DNA of 64,000 nucleotides from Terriglobia bacterium (GCA_965262675.1 OZ253554.1:3220640-3284639), one strand, 5' to 3'. Numbered from the stretch's first letter, positions 1-10,043 are shown. Notes: generated by a model from the sequence alone, not told the origin. Numbers and translations are program-made.

Positions 1-2
1 TG

Positions 3-761
3 GTGGGATCCGTTGGAGAGTTCCTGACGATCATCATCGCGACGATCTATAACATCGTGTTCTCGGTGGGGATCGGCATCGTGTTCGTTGTCGAGATACT
101 GGGTCTGGCGGGCGTTTTCGCGATCGCCTACCTCGTCCTGAAGACGCTACGCCTGCTGGTGTGGTGGTTCCCTTCCCAGTTCTCCCGCCTGGTGGACAGT
201 GAAGATCCTTCCGAGATTGGGGTTCGCGCCGGTCTGGCACTGATGATTGCGTTTGTGGCGGTCACGGAGTTGCTGGGAATGGAGGCCATTCTAGGAGCGT
301 TCCTGGCGGGCGCACTGTTCACTTTCGTGTTCCGGGAAAAGGGGATTCTCGAAACCAAACTTGCGGGAATCGGACACGGGTTTTTCATCCCCGTCTTCTT
401 CATTCATGTCGGTGTGGAATTCAATCTCCAGGCTCTGGGCACACTGGAAATCTACCCGCTGATGGGGCGCGTCATTCTCGTCTCGCTGGCAGTCAAGATA
501 CTGGCATCGCTAGTGTTCGTAACGATGGGTTTCTCTATCCGGCAAATCGCCGGCGCCGCGCTTCTGCTGGCGACACCTCTGACGCTGCTGGTGGCCATTG
601 CCGAGATTGGCCTCGATCTGGGCACGCTAACGGAGTTGGAAAACGCGACGATCATCCTGGTCGCGGTACTTTCGGGTCTGCTTTTCCCGACGGCGTACAA
701 GTGGTTGGCAAAAAAATCCAAAGCCGGCGCGCAAATATCGGAAGAAATTCAGCAACCCTGA
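3..761 (+). CDS. Cation:proton antiporter (CPA-family Na+/H+ exchanger), C-terminal fragment; 5' end lies outside the window
   Basis: Polytopic membrane protein. Motifs GAFLAGALF and FFIPVFFIHVGVEFNL are typical of the KefB/NhaP-type exchanger core. The ORF runs into the window edge. Confidence 0.6.
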   Translation: MGSVGEFLTIIIATIYNIVFSVGIGIVFVVEILGLAGVFAIAYLVLKTLRLLVWWFPSQFSRLVDSEDPSEIGVRAGLALMIAFVAVTELLGMEAILGAFLAGALFTFVFREKGILETKLAGIGHGFFIPVFFIHVGVEFNLQALGTLEIYPLMGRVILVSLAVKILASLVFVTMGFSIRQIAGAALLLATPLTLLVAIAEIGLDLGTLTELENATIILVAVLSGLLFPTAYKWLAKKSKAGAQISEEIQQP

Positions 762-784
762 CGGCGCCATTAAGGGCAACAGAC

Positions 785-1696
785 CTATCTGGCAGCGATG
801 ATCAGCGGTTCGCTCAGGGTAAACCCCAGCAAAGTCTCTGCCGGTATATACAGTTGCTCGCCACCGGTCAGCACCTGAACGGTGGCGGCGGCTCCGGCGC
901 CGACGCCGGCGCCGATAGCGGCGCCCTGCCCTCCCCCGGCGATTGCGCCGATGATAGCCCCGATCCCAGCGGCCGTACCGACGCGGCGCGCCGTTTCCTC
1001 GCCGCGCCCTTCCCTCACTTCAGCGTATTCCGCCGTATTCAGAGCGTAAGGCACGCCGTTGACGACGATTCGGGTCAATTCGAGCCGCAACTCCACGGCC
1101 CCTCGAACTCGCCCGCCGCTGGAAACCTGTGCAATCCTGCCGCGGATATCGACCCCTCGCGGCGCCACTTCAATACCTTCAACCAGTAGAGGCTGCTCCA
1201 GCGTCGCGGCGAAGGTTTCTCCGACCTCGTTCTCTTCGCTATCGATGGCGTCGATCATGCGGACCATCAGCCTCGAACCGCTCGGAATCGTCCAGGCGGT
1301 ATTCAGGGCGTTTTCAGCCTCCGGGCTTCGGCCAACCTCTTCACGCGTCCGGAGCCGCACGGACTCGTCATCCGTTTCCGGATTTGCCCTGACCAGCGCC
1401 GGCGGTTCGGTCCCGGTATCGGACGGCGGGACCGCCGCGGCCTGTTCCACTACCGCCGGTGTGGATGAAACCACGTCGTCGCCGAAGCGAATCTCCTGGA
1501 CGGTAAGAAGATCGTATTCGCCAACGCCCGTGTCGGTCCGGAAGCGAATGACTCGCGAACTTCCGCCTTCATAGTATCCGGAGATCCGGTTGCCGTTTCT
1601 GAGCACCAGGGTGTCGGCATAACCGATCCCGGACAGCGATATTGCCGCCGCCGGCAAAACCATCAGCAATAATATGTATTTGAAAGCCTGCCGCAT
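785..1696 (-). CDS. Secreted protein with C-terminal glycine-zipper (GxxxG-rich) segment; paralog of 61631..62272
   Basis: The track ORF 785..1873 was trimmed to an internal ATG (MRQAFKYILLLMVLPAAAISLS signal peptide). C-terminal AGIGAIIGAIAGGGQGAAIGAGVGAGAAATVQVL glycine zipper. Same architecture as the ORF at 61631. Confidence 0.5.
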   Translation of the reverse strand: MRQAFKYILLLMVLPAAAISLSGIGYADTLVLRNGNRISGYYEGGSSRVIRFRTDTGVGEYDLLTVQEIRFGDDVVSSTPAVVEQAAAVPPSDTGTEPPALVRANPETDDESVRLRTREEVGRSPEAENALNTAWTIPSGSRLMVRMIDAIDSEENEVGETFAATLEQPLLVEGIEVAPRGVDIRGRIAQVSSGGRVRGAVELRLELTRIVVNGVPYALNTAEYAEVREGRGEETARRVGTAAGIGAIIGAIAGGGQGAAIGAGVGAGAAATVQVLTGGEQLYIPAETLLGFTLSEPLIIAAR

Positions 1697-1905
1697 GGGA
1701 CCCTCCATCTGGACATACTGGACATACGCGTTGAACAACCGGCAACTCGGCGTCTTAGACGCCTGAATTGACCGAATGTTACCATCCCAGCCAAGCCCGG
1801 ATCGGGGATTCGGACGATGGATTGAGCCGACGGCACGTGGCCCGACCCCCACGGGTTGTGCTACGGGCCGCAAGACCCCCGTCCGAACTGCTAGAATCGT
1901 TCCAT

Positions 1906-1978
1906 GCGCCCGTAGCTCAGAGGATAGAGCACCGGCCTTCTAAGCCGTAGGTCGCAGGTTCGAATCCTGCCGGGCGTA
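1906..1978 (+). tRNA. tRNA-Arg (anticodon TCT)
   Basis: Manual fold: acceptor GCGCCCG/CGGGCGT (G-U at pair 1), D-arm GCTC-AGAGGAT-AGAGC, anticodon stem CCGGC with loop CTTCTAA (TCT), T-arm GCAGG-TTCGAAT-CCTGC, discriminator A. Confidence 0.85.
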
Positions 1979-2209
1979 TTCATTCAGCAGGCACTTCGGC
2001 GGTCACCGCAAAAAGCTCGATCGCCCCCGGCATTCCGGTGCCTGGGAACCGAATCCGTGGGCGATTCGGGCAGACGATTCATGTTATAGTTATCGGCTGT
2101 GTGCGGTCCCAAACCGCGCGTCTGGAACAAGCCTGCAATACATTGTTTTCCGAACAGGCGTACAGGAGAGGTCCAGAAGAAAGCAGAAGAAAGAAAGAAG
2201 GAGCCAGAA

Positions 2210-4063
2210 GTGTCACAGCAGTCCCCCGGCACTGCGGTGCTGGACGAAGGTGGTGGAGGAGAAACGGCCCCTGCAATAAACGACTTCAGTATTCAGGTGG
2301 CCACAATCAACGGTTCGGGCAGTCAGTCTGCCAACATGGTGCTGATGCGATCCATCTTTCAGATGGGCATCCCGGTCAGTGGCAAGAACCTGTTCCCTTC
2401 CAACATCGCCGGCCTTCCAACCTGGTTCACGATCCGCGCCAACAAAGATGGCTGGACAGCTCGCCGGAAGGATCTCGACTTCCTGATTGCGATGAATCCG
2501 GCGACGGCCCGCGAAGACGTCATGAATCTGGGCCCGGGACGCGTCGTCGTTTACGAAGAGCGGTTGAATCTGTCCGATCTGCGCGACGACCTGATCTTTT
2601 ACCCTGTCCCCTTCGCCAAGCTGGCTACCAAAATCACCTCCGACTCGCGGTTGCGCAAGCTGCTGGCCAACATGCTGTACGTGGGTGTGGTCGGCGAGTT
2701 GCTGGCCATCGACACGAACGAGATCGAAACAGCCATCAAGAAACAGTTCAAAAGCAAGAAGAAAGCCGTCGAACTCAACATGCAGGCGATCGCGATCGGA
2801 ATGCGATACGCGCGGGAACAAATCGCCAAGGCCGACCCGTTTCGCTGCGAACGCATGGACAAGACGGTCGGCAAGATCATTGTTGACGGCAACTCCGCAT
2901 GCGCGCTGGGCGCCATGTTTGCCGGTGTGACTGTCGCCACCTGGTACCCGATCACACCGTCGTCGGCGCTTTGTGAAAGTCTGATGGGCTACATGGACCA
3001 GTACCGGCGTGACAAGGATGGCAACGCCACCTATGCGATCGTCCAGGCCGAAGACGAACTCGCCGCCGTGGGCATGGCGATCGGTGCAGGTTGGGCTGGG
3101 GCACGGGCGATGACCAGCACTTCCGGACCCGGCATCTCACTGATGTCCGAGTTTGTGGGTCTGGCGTATTACGCTGAAATCCCGATTGTCATCTACGACG
3201 TCATGCGCGTAGGCCCCAGCACGGGCCTTCCGACCAGAACTCAGCAATCGGACCTGCTCTCCCTGGCTCTGTTATCTCACGGGGACACCAAGCATGTCGT
3301 CATCATTCCCGGCAACATCGAAGAATGCTTCACCCTTTCGCTGGAAGCATTCAACCTTTCGGAGGGACTCCAGACACCGATCTTCGTCATGACGGATCTG
3401 GACCTGGGGATGAACAACTGGATGGCCGATCCGTTCGAGTACCCCACGGGAACAATCGATCGCGGCAAGGTGCTTTCGGCGGAAGACCTGGAACGCATTG
3501 GCGAATTCGGACGTTACCGGGACGTGGACGGCGATGCCATACCCTACCGGACAATCCCCGGAACCCATCATCCTCTGGCGTCGTACTTTACGCGCGGCAG
3601 CGGGCACGATGCCGATGCCAGGTACAGCGAACGCGCCGACGACTATGTGAACAATCTGGATCGACTGAACCGCAAGTACCAGACCGCGCGAAAGATGGTG
3701 CCGGCGCCCGTCGTCGATTACGTCGACGGTGCGAACGTGGGCCTGATTGCATTCGGTACGACTGATGTCGCGGTCGAGGAAAGCCGGGCAGAGCTGGAAG
3801 AGCAGCACGGCATGCGGGTGCACTACCTTCGGCTCCGCGCGCTTCCCTTTACCAGCGAACTCGCCGAATTTATCGATCGGTGCGACCGTGTTTACGTGAT
3901 CGAACAGAATCGCGATGCCCAGATGGCAGGCCTGATGCGGATGGAGTTATCGGGCGACAGAATCGCCAAGATCCGAAACATGCTGCACTATTCAGGTATC
4001 CCGCTTGACGCGCGCTTCATTACCGACGAGTTGATTGCGAGTGAACAGAAGGAGAACCGCTAG
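2210..4063 (+). CDS. korA: 2-oxoacid:ferredoxin oxidoreductase alpha subunit (fused gamma/alpha domains, KorA-like)
   Basis: OFOR gamma-like N-terminal domain (ATINGSGSQSANMVLMRSIF) followed by the alpha catalytic domain. Start trimmed from the track's 2099 to GTG 2210, which has a GAAGGAG Shine-Dalgarno 6 nt upstream. The stop overlaps the next gene. Confidence 0.85.
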   Translation: MSQQSPGTAVLDEGGGGETAPAINDFSIQVATINGSGSQSANMVLMRSIFQMGIPVSGKNLFPSNIAGLPTWFTIRANKDGWTARRKDLDFLIAMNPATAREDVMNLGPGRVVVYEERLNLSDLRDDLIFYPVPFAKLATKITSDSRLRKLLANMLYVGVVGELLAIDTNEIETAIKKQFKSKKKAVELNMQAIAIGMRYAREQIAKADPFRCERMDKTVGKIIVDGNSACALGAMFAGVTVATWYPITPSSALCESLMGYMDQYRRDKDGNATYAIVQAEDELAAVGMAIGAGWAGARAMTSTSGPGISLMSEFVGLAYYAEIPIVIYDVMRVGPSTGLPTRTQQSDLLSLALLSHGDTKHVVIIPGNIEECFTLSLEAFNLSEGLQTPIFVMTDLDLGMNNWMADPFEYPTGTIDRGKVLSAEDLERIGEFGRYRDVDGDAIPYRTIPGTHHPLASYFTRGSGHDADARYSERADDYVNNLDRLNRKYQTARKMVPAPVVDYVDGANVGLIAFGTTDVAVEESRAELEEQHGMRVHYLRLRALPFTSELAEFIDRCDRVYVIEQNRDAQMAGLMRMELSGDRIAKIRNMLHYSGIPLDARFITDELIASEQKENR

Positions 4064-4065
4064 TC

Positions 4066-5106
4066 ATGTCACCCACGACTGCTTCGCCACCGAAGACGAA
4101 TCGGATCGGCCTCGCCATCAACCAGTACAAGGGCGGCGACTCGACTCTATGCGCGGGCTGCGGTCACGATGCGATTACCAGCCAACTGATCCGGGCTTTC
4201 TGGGAGTACGGGGTCGAACCCCATCGTGTCGCCAAACTCAGCGGCATCGGATGCTCAAGCAAGACTCCGGCGTATTTCCTGAACCAGTCCCACGGGTTCA
4301 ACAGTGTTCATGGACGTATGCCTGCCGTCGGAACCGGCGCGATGCTGGCCAACAAGGATCTGATCGCGGTGGGCGTGAGCGGCGACGGCGACAGCGCCTC
4401 GATTGGTCTGGGACAGTTTTGTCATCTGCTGCGCCGCAACGTTCCGATGATCTACATCGTTGAAAACAACGGCGTCTATGGCCTCACGAAGGGTCAGTTT
4501 TCGGCAACAGCCGATTACGGATCGAGATCCAAGGGCGGGACGTTGAATAACCTGCCCGCAATCGACGTCTGCGCCCTTGCCATCCAGATGGGGTGCAATT
4601 TTGTCGCGCGCTCCTTTGCCGGCGACCCCAGGCAACTCGTCGCCCTGATCAAGGCGGCAATCAGCCACCGCGGCACCGTCCTTCTGGATGTGGTCAGCCC
4701 TTGTGTCACGTTCAACAACCATGAGGGATCGACCAAGAGCTATCCGTTCGCGAAACAACACGAAGAACTGCTGCACGAAATCTCATACGTGCCTTTTTTC
4801 GAGCAGATCGAAGTGGACTACGACGAAGGAACGGTGGCAAACGTCAAGCTGCATGACGGTTCGCATCTGAAGTTGCGCAAGGCCGACCGAAGCTACGACC
4901 CCACCAACAAGGCCGAAGCGCTGCAAATGCTGATCCAGACCAATACCGACGAGGAGCTTCTGACCGGGTTGATTTACGTCAGGGAAAACCAACCGGACTT
5001 CCTGTCCACGCTCGATCTCTGCGACAAGCCGCTGGCGCACCTGGGCCCGAAAGATATCGTCCCCAGTGCGGACGTTCTCCGCGAAGTCATGGAATCGCTG
5101 ATGTAG
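4066..5106 (+). CDS. korB: 2-oxoacid:ferredoxin oxidoreductase beta subunit (TPP-binding, KorB-like)
   Basis: TPP-binding motif region GDGDSASIGLGQFCHLLRRNVPMIYIVENNGVYGLTKGQ. ATG at 4066 sits immediately after the korA TAG, which fits translational coupling. Confidence 0.9.
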   Translation: MSPTTASPPKTNRIGLAINQYKGGDSTLCAGCGHDAITSQLIRAFWEYGVEPHRVAKLSGIGCSSKTPAYFLNQSHGFNSVHGRMPAVGTGAMLANKDLIAVGVSGDGDSASIGLGQFCHLLRRNVPMIYIVENNGVYGLTKGQFSATADYGSRSKGGTLNNLPAIDVCALAIQMGCNFVARSFAGDPRQLVALIKAAISHRGTVLLDVVSPCVTFNNHEGSTKSYPFAKQHEELLHEISYVPFFEQIEVDYDEGTVANVKLHDGSHLKLRKADRSYDPTNKAEALQMLIQTNTDEELLTGLIYVRENQPDFLSTLDLCDKPLAHLGPKDIVPSADVLREVMESLM

Positions 5107-5154
5107 TCCCTGGACCAGGCGCGCAACCCTCCGACGGATCTATTACGAGATGAA

Positions 5155-5546
5155 CCGGTTCGATGGGCAGGATCGACCGCGCAATCAACTGTGCGTTTCC
5201 CCAGAATGTGCCGGTCGATGGGCAGGATCGACCGCGCAATCAACTGTGCGTTTCCCCAGAATGTGCCGGTCGATGGGCAGGATCGACCGCGCAATCAACT
5301 GTGCGTTTCCCCAGAATGTGCCGGTCGATGGGCAGGATCGACCGCGCAATCAACTGTACGTTTCCCCAGAATGTGCCGGTCGATGGGCAGGATCGACCGC
5401 GCAATCAACTGTACGTTTCCCCAGAATGTGCCGGTCGATGGGCAGGATCGACCGCGCAATCAACTGTGCGTTTCCCCAGAATGTGCCGGTCGATGGGCAG
5501 TGTCGAGCGCGAATTTAACCGTGTATTTCCGCCCCCCATTCCACCA
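5155..5546. repeat. 55-bp perfect tandem direct repeat array, 6 full copies (5162, 5217, 5272, 5327, 5382, 5437) plus a degenerate seventh
   Basis: Unit GATGGGCAGGATCGACCGCGCAATCAACTGTGCGTTTCCCCAGAATGTGCCGGTC repeats head-to-tail with period 55. Copies 4-5 carry a single G>A variant (tgtacg). There are no spacers and no forward-frame stop codons. The array sits in the korB 3' intergenic region. Confidence 0.9.
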
Positions 5547-5793
5547 ATGTCTTCTCGGTGACTTCTCCGCGGCATCGCGGGCACCGGGCCGGTTCCGAAA
5601 GGATGTAGTCCACGTCGGATCCGTCACTCCCGGTCACTTCGTCCAGGAGCCAGTCGAACGGCGTTTCGGCCTCGGAAGAGCAGAATTCGCAGGCGAGGAT
5701 CAGGGATTGGGCGCGGTAGGCGGTTGACTGAGACAGAGCAAGGACCCGGGACATGCGAGGGTCGATGCACCCGCGAATCCAATCCTCAAACAC
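5515..5793 (-). CDS. Small hypothetical protein with CxxC...CPRC zinc-ribbon-like Cys pairs
   Basis: 92-aa ORF with two Cys pairs (CEFC and CPRCRGE). Coding status not independently supported. Confidence 0.35.
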   Translation of the reverse strand: MFEDWIRGCIDPRMSRVLALSQSTAYRAQSLILACEFCSSEAETPFDWLLDEVTGSDGSDVDYILSEPARCPRCRGEVTEKTLVEWGAEIHG

Positions 5794-5983
5794 TGTCGAA
5801 TCAATCGATTAGGGCTTCGAGTATTCGGGATTGTCACAGAAATCGCGCCATAACGGTCACGTTTTTCCGTCGCGGTTCATCCGCCCCGGTCGTCGGCCGG
5901 GCACAGCAGCATCCGCCAAAGCCGCTACGGACGAATGTTGGCAGATGTGGTAAATTACAGGTTTCACCTACTAAGGTTATTCC

Positions 5984-6895
5984 ATGCGTAACGTCATCAT
6001 CATTGGATCTGGCCCGGCCGGACTGACAGCGGCTGTATATGCCGCCCGAGCCAGTCTGAAACCCCTTTTGATCGAAGGTGCGGAACCTGGCGGGCAACTC
6101 ACGCTCACAACCATGGTTGAAAACTATCCCGGCTTTCCGGAAGGAATCATGGGACCGCAACTCATGGAGGACATGAAGAAGCAGGCCGAACGGTTCGGCA
6201 CCGAATTTCTTACGGGCTATGTCGACCGTGTGGAACTGGACGCAAGCCCGTTCCGGATCTTTGTCGACGAACAGAAATTCGAAGCCCGAACCGTGATCAT
6301 CTCGACCGGTTCTTCGGCAAAGCTGTTGGGTCTCGATAACGAGCGTCGTTTGATGGGCCATGGCGTATCCACCTGCGCCACCTGCGATGGGTTCTTCTTC
6401 AGAGGCAAGAAGATAGCAGTCATCGGCGGCGGCGACTCGGCGATGGAAGAGTCGACGTTTCTGACCAAATTCGCCACCGATGTCCAACTCATTCACCGCC
6501 GGGATGCCTTCAGGGCCTCGACGATCATGGCCGAGCGTGCACTGTCGAACGAGAAAATCAACGTGCACTACAGCACCGTGGTCGAAGACGTACTTGGAGA
6601 TAACGAAGTCACCGGAATCCGGATACGGAACAACAAGGCTGACAAGACTCGGGAGATCGATCTCGACGGTGTTTTCGTGGCGATCGGGCACAACCCGAAT
6701 ACCGGAATTTTAAGGGGATATGTCGACCTGGACGAGAAGGGCTACGTGAAGACCGTTCCAGGCTCGACTGCGACGAACATCCCGGGCGTATTTGCTTGCG
6801 GTGACGTTCAGGATCCCGTATTCAAGCAGGCGGTGACTGCCGCGGGGACCGGATGCATGGCCGCCCTGGAAGCTGAAAAATTTCTGGAACACTGA
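5984..6895 (+). CDS. trxB: Thioredoxin-disulfide reductase
   Basis: N-terminal FAD GxGxxG motif (IIGSGPAGLTAAVYAAR), redox-active CATCDGFFF motif, second NADPH GGGDSAMEE motif. Length 303 aa is typical. Confidence 0.95.
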   Translation: MRNVIIIGSGPAGLTAAVYAARASLKPLLIEGAEPGGQLTLTTMVENYPGFPEGIMGPQLMEDMKKQAERFGTEFLTGYVDRVELDASPFRIFVDEQKFEARTVIISTGSSAKLLGLDNERRLMGHGVSTCATCDGFFFRGKKIAVIGGGDSAMEESTFLTKFATDVQLIHRRDAFRASTIMAERALSNEKINVHYSTVVEDVLGDNEVTGIRIRNNKADKTREIDLDGVFVAIGHNPNTGILRGYVDLDEKGYVKTVPGSTATNIPGVFACGDVQDPVFKQAVTAAGTGCMAALEAEKFLEH

Positions 6896-6908
6896 TAGGC
6901 AAACACCC

Positions 6909-7307
6909 ATGGAAGACGCAGAACACATATTCACTCGCGGCGAGGCCAGGAGCGTCCTGCCCCGCCTGAAGCCGCTACTCCGGGAAATTCGTGAAGAGTG
7001 GCTCCGGATCAAGGAACTGAACCCCGAGATCCAGAAGACCCGTGAAAAGGCCATGCTGGACGGGTACAGCCCCTACGGTGTCGAATATGTGGAGTCCGTG
7101 TCCCACCTGATGCACGTAATGAGTCAGGTTCGGGAAATGGGCGTACTGATCAAGGATCTCGACAAGGGGCTGGTCGATTTCCCTTATTTGAAACACGAGC
7201 GTGTGGTCTATCTGTGCTGGCACCTGGGTGAGGAATCCATCGACTACTGGCACGAAACGGAGTCTGGTTTTTCGTCGAGAGAACCGCTCGACGAAAACGA
7301 CGTATAA
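6909..7307 (+). CDS. Conserved hypothetical protein (DUF2203-like)
   Basis: 132-aa ORF with a VYLCWHLGEE segment reminiscent of the DUF2203 family. Family assignment is from memory only. Confidence 0.55.
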   Translation: MEDAEHIFTRGEARSVLPRLKPLLREIREEWLRIKELNPEIQKTREKAMLDGYSPYGVEYVESVSHLMHVMSQVREMGVLIKDLDKGLVDFPYLKHERVVYLCWHLGEESIDYWHETESGFSSREPLDENDV

Positions 7308-7322
7308 CTTCCCATTCATTTC

Positions 7323-7703
7323 ATGACCGGGCAATCCGACAGGGTTTTCGTTTCCGAGATCGAATGTGCTTCCGCCATCGGCGTCACGGACGAAGAGCGT
7401 GCCGCGCCCCAGCGCTTGTCCATCGATGTCGAGGTCATGACCGACCTGCGCGCCGCAGCTGCCAGCGATGACGTTGCCGATTCCGTGGATTACGGGCAAA
7501 TCGTCCGAATGGTGGCGGACATGGCCGGCAATCGGGAGTACCGCTTGTTGGAATCTCTGGCCGAGCGCATTGCCGGTGGCGTTCTCACTGTACTGGGCGG
7601 CGATTCCGTCCGGGTTCTCGTGCGAAAACTGTCGGCCCCGATACCGACGCCGCTGAAATTTGTATCGGTGGAAGTCGTGCGGCAGAGCAAGAATCGAGCG
7701 TAA
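7323..7703 (+). CDS. folB: Dihydroneopterin aldolase
   Basis: Approximately 120-aa FolB-like pattern: IGVTDEER, QRLSIDVEV, ASDDVADSVDYGQIV, YRLLESLAERIA. Confidence 0.8.
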   Translation: MTGQSDRVFVSEIECASAIGVTDEERAAPQRLSIDVEVMTDLRAAAASDDVADSVDYGQIVRMVADMAGNREYRLLESLAERIAGGVLTVLGGDSVRVLVRKLSAPIPTPLKFVSVEVVRQSKNRA

Positions 7704-7921
7704 CCGATTCTGAACGAAAGCCGCTTGGGCCCATATTTCTATTGAAGAACCCGAAAAAGCTGCGCTATTCTACGTCCCACCTATATGACAGCTCGGCAAA
7801 CTGTACCTGTCAGACTGAAAACGGAAATCTTAATCAAATCTGACCGGTTTCAATCGACCGGAAAGCGCTTTCAAGACTACTGTTCAGGCGGAGAGAAGCG
7901 CGCGTTCCCAAGGAGGCACCT

Positions 7922-10018
7922 TTGGCACCCTTAACCAAGCAACAATCAGTCGGTACCCGGGCAATGAAGTTTGTGGACGCCGCTGTCTGCTATTCGGCGG
8001 GAAAGACCCTTGACACGATTCAATACGTGGCGAAGTATGACGTGAAGGCCTCATTCACTCCGAAATGGGCCGAAAAACCCCTCCAGAAGTCATGGCAGAA
8101 GACCAAACCTGCTCTGGGGTGGCCACGGCAAACCGACTCGCTCTGTCCGAAGTGCGTACTGGAAGCCCGCGAAGCGATCATCAACGGCACGCAGGACTGG
8201 ACAACGCTGCTCCACGAAAAAGTCGGCGAAGTGAAAGCCGACATTATCGAGCGCGACGGGCAGGTGTGGATGGTCAAGGATTGCCCGCTCCACGGTAAGG
8301 TCGAAGACATGATGGCGGTGGATGTCCGCTTCCTGGAATGGATCGAAAAGAATTTCCCGGGACGGGACATGCCGTCGCACAACGACGAAGACCTCCACAA
8401 TCATGGCTCGAGCACGATCAAGCATGGGCGGGGCTCGGTGCTGACCGTCGATCTCACGAACCGCTGCAACATGATGTGCGATCCGTGTTTCATGGACGCC
8501 AATCAAGTCGGTTACGTGCATGAACTGACATGGGACGACGTCAAGGAAATCATGGACAACGCGATGGAAATCAAGCCGCGTCGTCAGATGTCGATCCAGT
8601 TCTCCGGCGGCGAACCGACGATGTCTCCGTTTTTCCTGGATGCCGTCAGTTACGCCCGGAAGTTGGGTTTTTCAAGTACGCAAGCCGCGAGCAACGGTAT
8701 CGAGTTCGCCAAGAGCAAGGAGTTCTGCCGCCAAGCGGCGGAAGCCGGTCTGCGGTTCGTCTACCTGCAGTTCGACGGCGTCGGAAACGATGCCAACAGC
8801 CACCGCCAGGTGGGCAACCTGTTCGATGTGAAACTTCGGGCAATCAACAACCTGCACGAAGCTGGCGTGGAGATCATCCTGGTGGTGACGCTGGTCAACG
8901 GCGTCAACAACGATCAGGTGGGTTCCATTCTGCGTTTCGCGATGGACAACCCCAAGAAGATCGCGTTCATCGCGTTCCAACCCGTCTCGTTCACGGGGCG
9001 TGACGAAGAGGTGACCCCCGAACGGCGTTTGCGGCAACGGTATACGCTGTCGCATCTGGCGCATGACGTGAAACAGCAGGTCGGTATCACCGAACCCACA
9101 CGCGACTGGTTTCCCCTGTCCCTGATGGGCTCCTTTGCCGACTTTGCCGACCTCGCTCATGGCCCGGGCCGCGAATGGGGGCAGGTCAGTTGCGGTTGCC
9201 ACCCGAACTGCGGTGTCGGTACGGCGCTGATGATCAACAAGGAAACCAAGGAGATGGCACCCGTCCCGCAGTTCCTGAATATCCCGGGACTGGTCTCCGA
9301 CATGCAGAAAATCACGGACATGGGCCGTGGCAAATGGATGTCCAACGGTCTGATGGGACTGGCGCTGCTGAAGCACTACAACCCCCACAAGGCGCCCGGC
9401 GGCCTCACATTGTCCGCCCTGTTCAAGAAGTTCGACAAATCGTTCGGTCTGACCGGAAGAAACTATGGTTCCATCGATGGAAATTCCCGTTTGGATGACG
9501 TCGAGAAACGTCGTTCAGACCCCTGGAACTTCCTTTTCGTTGCGGGCATGTGGTTCCAGGATCTGTTCAACTATGACTTCCGCCGCACCGAGATGTGCAT
9601 CATTCCGTACGCGACACAGTTGGGAGAGATCTCCTTCTGTGCGTACAACACCGGAATCGGCTGGCGGAACATCATCGAAAACATGTTCAAGACCCACACG
9701 GTCGCCGAATGGTATCGGGAGCATGGAAAGCACGGCGTCTATGCGGGCGGCAAGAACGTTGAACTTGAAACCACCGAACACAGCCTCAAGATTCGCGCCG
9801 AGGATGCAAACCGGGTCCGCGACCGCGGCGAACTTCCCATGACGGCTGCCGATGAAGAAAAGCAACGCCGGCAGGCCGAGCGTGAAGCGCAAAAAGCCCG
9901 GGAGATCTACGAAGAGATGGTGATGGGCAAACGCCCGAGCAAGATGGATCTGATCAAGATCGAAGTCCTGAACCGCAGGGAAGAAGATAAAGAAGAGGCC
10001 CTTTCCGCCAGCAAGTAG
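7922..10018 (+). CDS. Radical SAM protein with N-terminal rubredoxin-like Cys motif; possibly Tes/GDGT-MAS-like membrane-spanning lipid synthase family
   Basis: CX3CX2C radical SAM motif (CNMMCDPC), SAM-binding GGEPT (QFSGGEPT), N-terminal CPKC...CPLHG motif, C-terminal CGCHPNC motif. TTG start with an AAGGAGG Shine-Dalgarno 5 nt upstream. The family call rests on architecture only. Confidence 0.75.
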   Translation: MAPLTKQQSVGTRAMKFVDAAVCYSAGKTLDTIQYVAKYDVKASFTPKWAEKPLQKSWQKTKPALGWPRQTDSLCPKCVLEAREAIINGTQDWTTLLHEKVGEVKADIIERDGQVWMVKDCPLHGKVEDMMAVDVRFLEWIEKNFPGRDMPSHNDEDLHNHGSSTIKHGRGSVLTVDLTNRCNMMCDPCFMDANQVGYVHELTWDDVKEIMDNAMEIKPRRQMSIQFSGGEPTMSPFFLDAVSYARKLGFSSTQAASNGIEFAKSKEFCRQAAEAGLRFVYLQFDGVGNDANSHRQVGNLFDVKLRAINNLHEAGVEIILVVTLVNGVNNDQVGSILRFAMDNPKKIAFIAFQPVSFTGRDEEVTPERRLRQRYTLSHLAHDVKQQVGITEPTRDWFPLSLMGSFADFADLAHGPGREWGQVSCGCHPNCGVGTALMINKETKEMAPVPQFLNIPGLVSDMQKITDMGRGKWMSNGLMGLALLKHYNPHKAPGGLTLSALFKKFDKSFGLTGRNYGSIDGNSRLDDVEKRRSDPWNFLFVAGMWFQDLFNYDFRRTEMCIIPYATQLGEISFCAYNTGIGWRNIIENMFKTHTVAEWYREHGKHGVYAGGKNVELETTEHSLKIRAEDANRVRDRGELPMTAADEEKQRRQAEREAQKAREIYEEMVMGKRPSKMDLIKIEVLNRREEDKEEALSASK

Positions 10019-10043
10019 CTACCGCATTCAGCCAAATATAGAA

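Noticed and set aside
5155-5546. Possible CRISPR array
   Set aside because: The units are identical 55-bp head-to-tail repeats with no unique spacers between them, so this is a tandem repeat and not a CRISPR.
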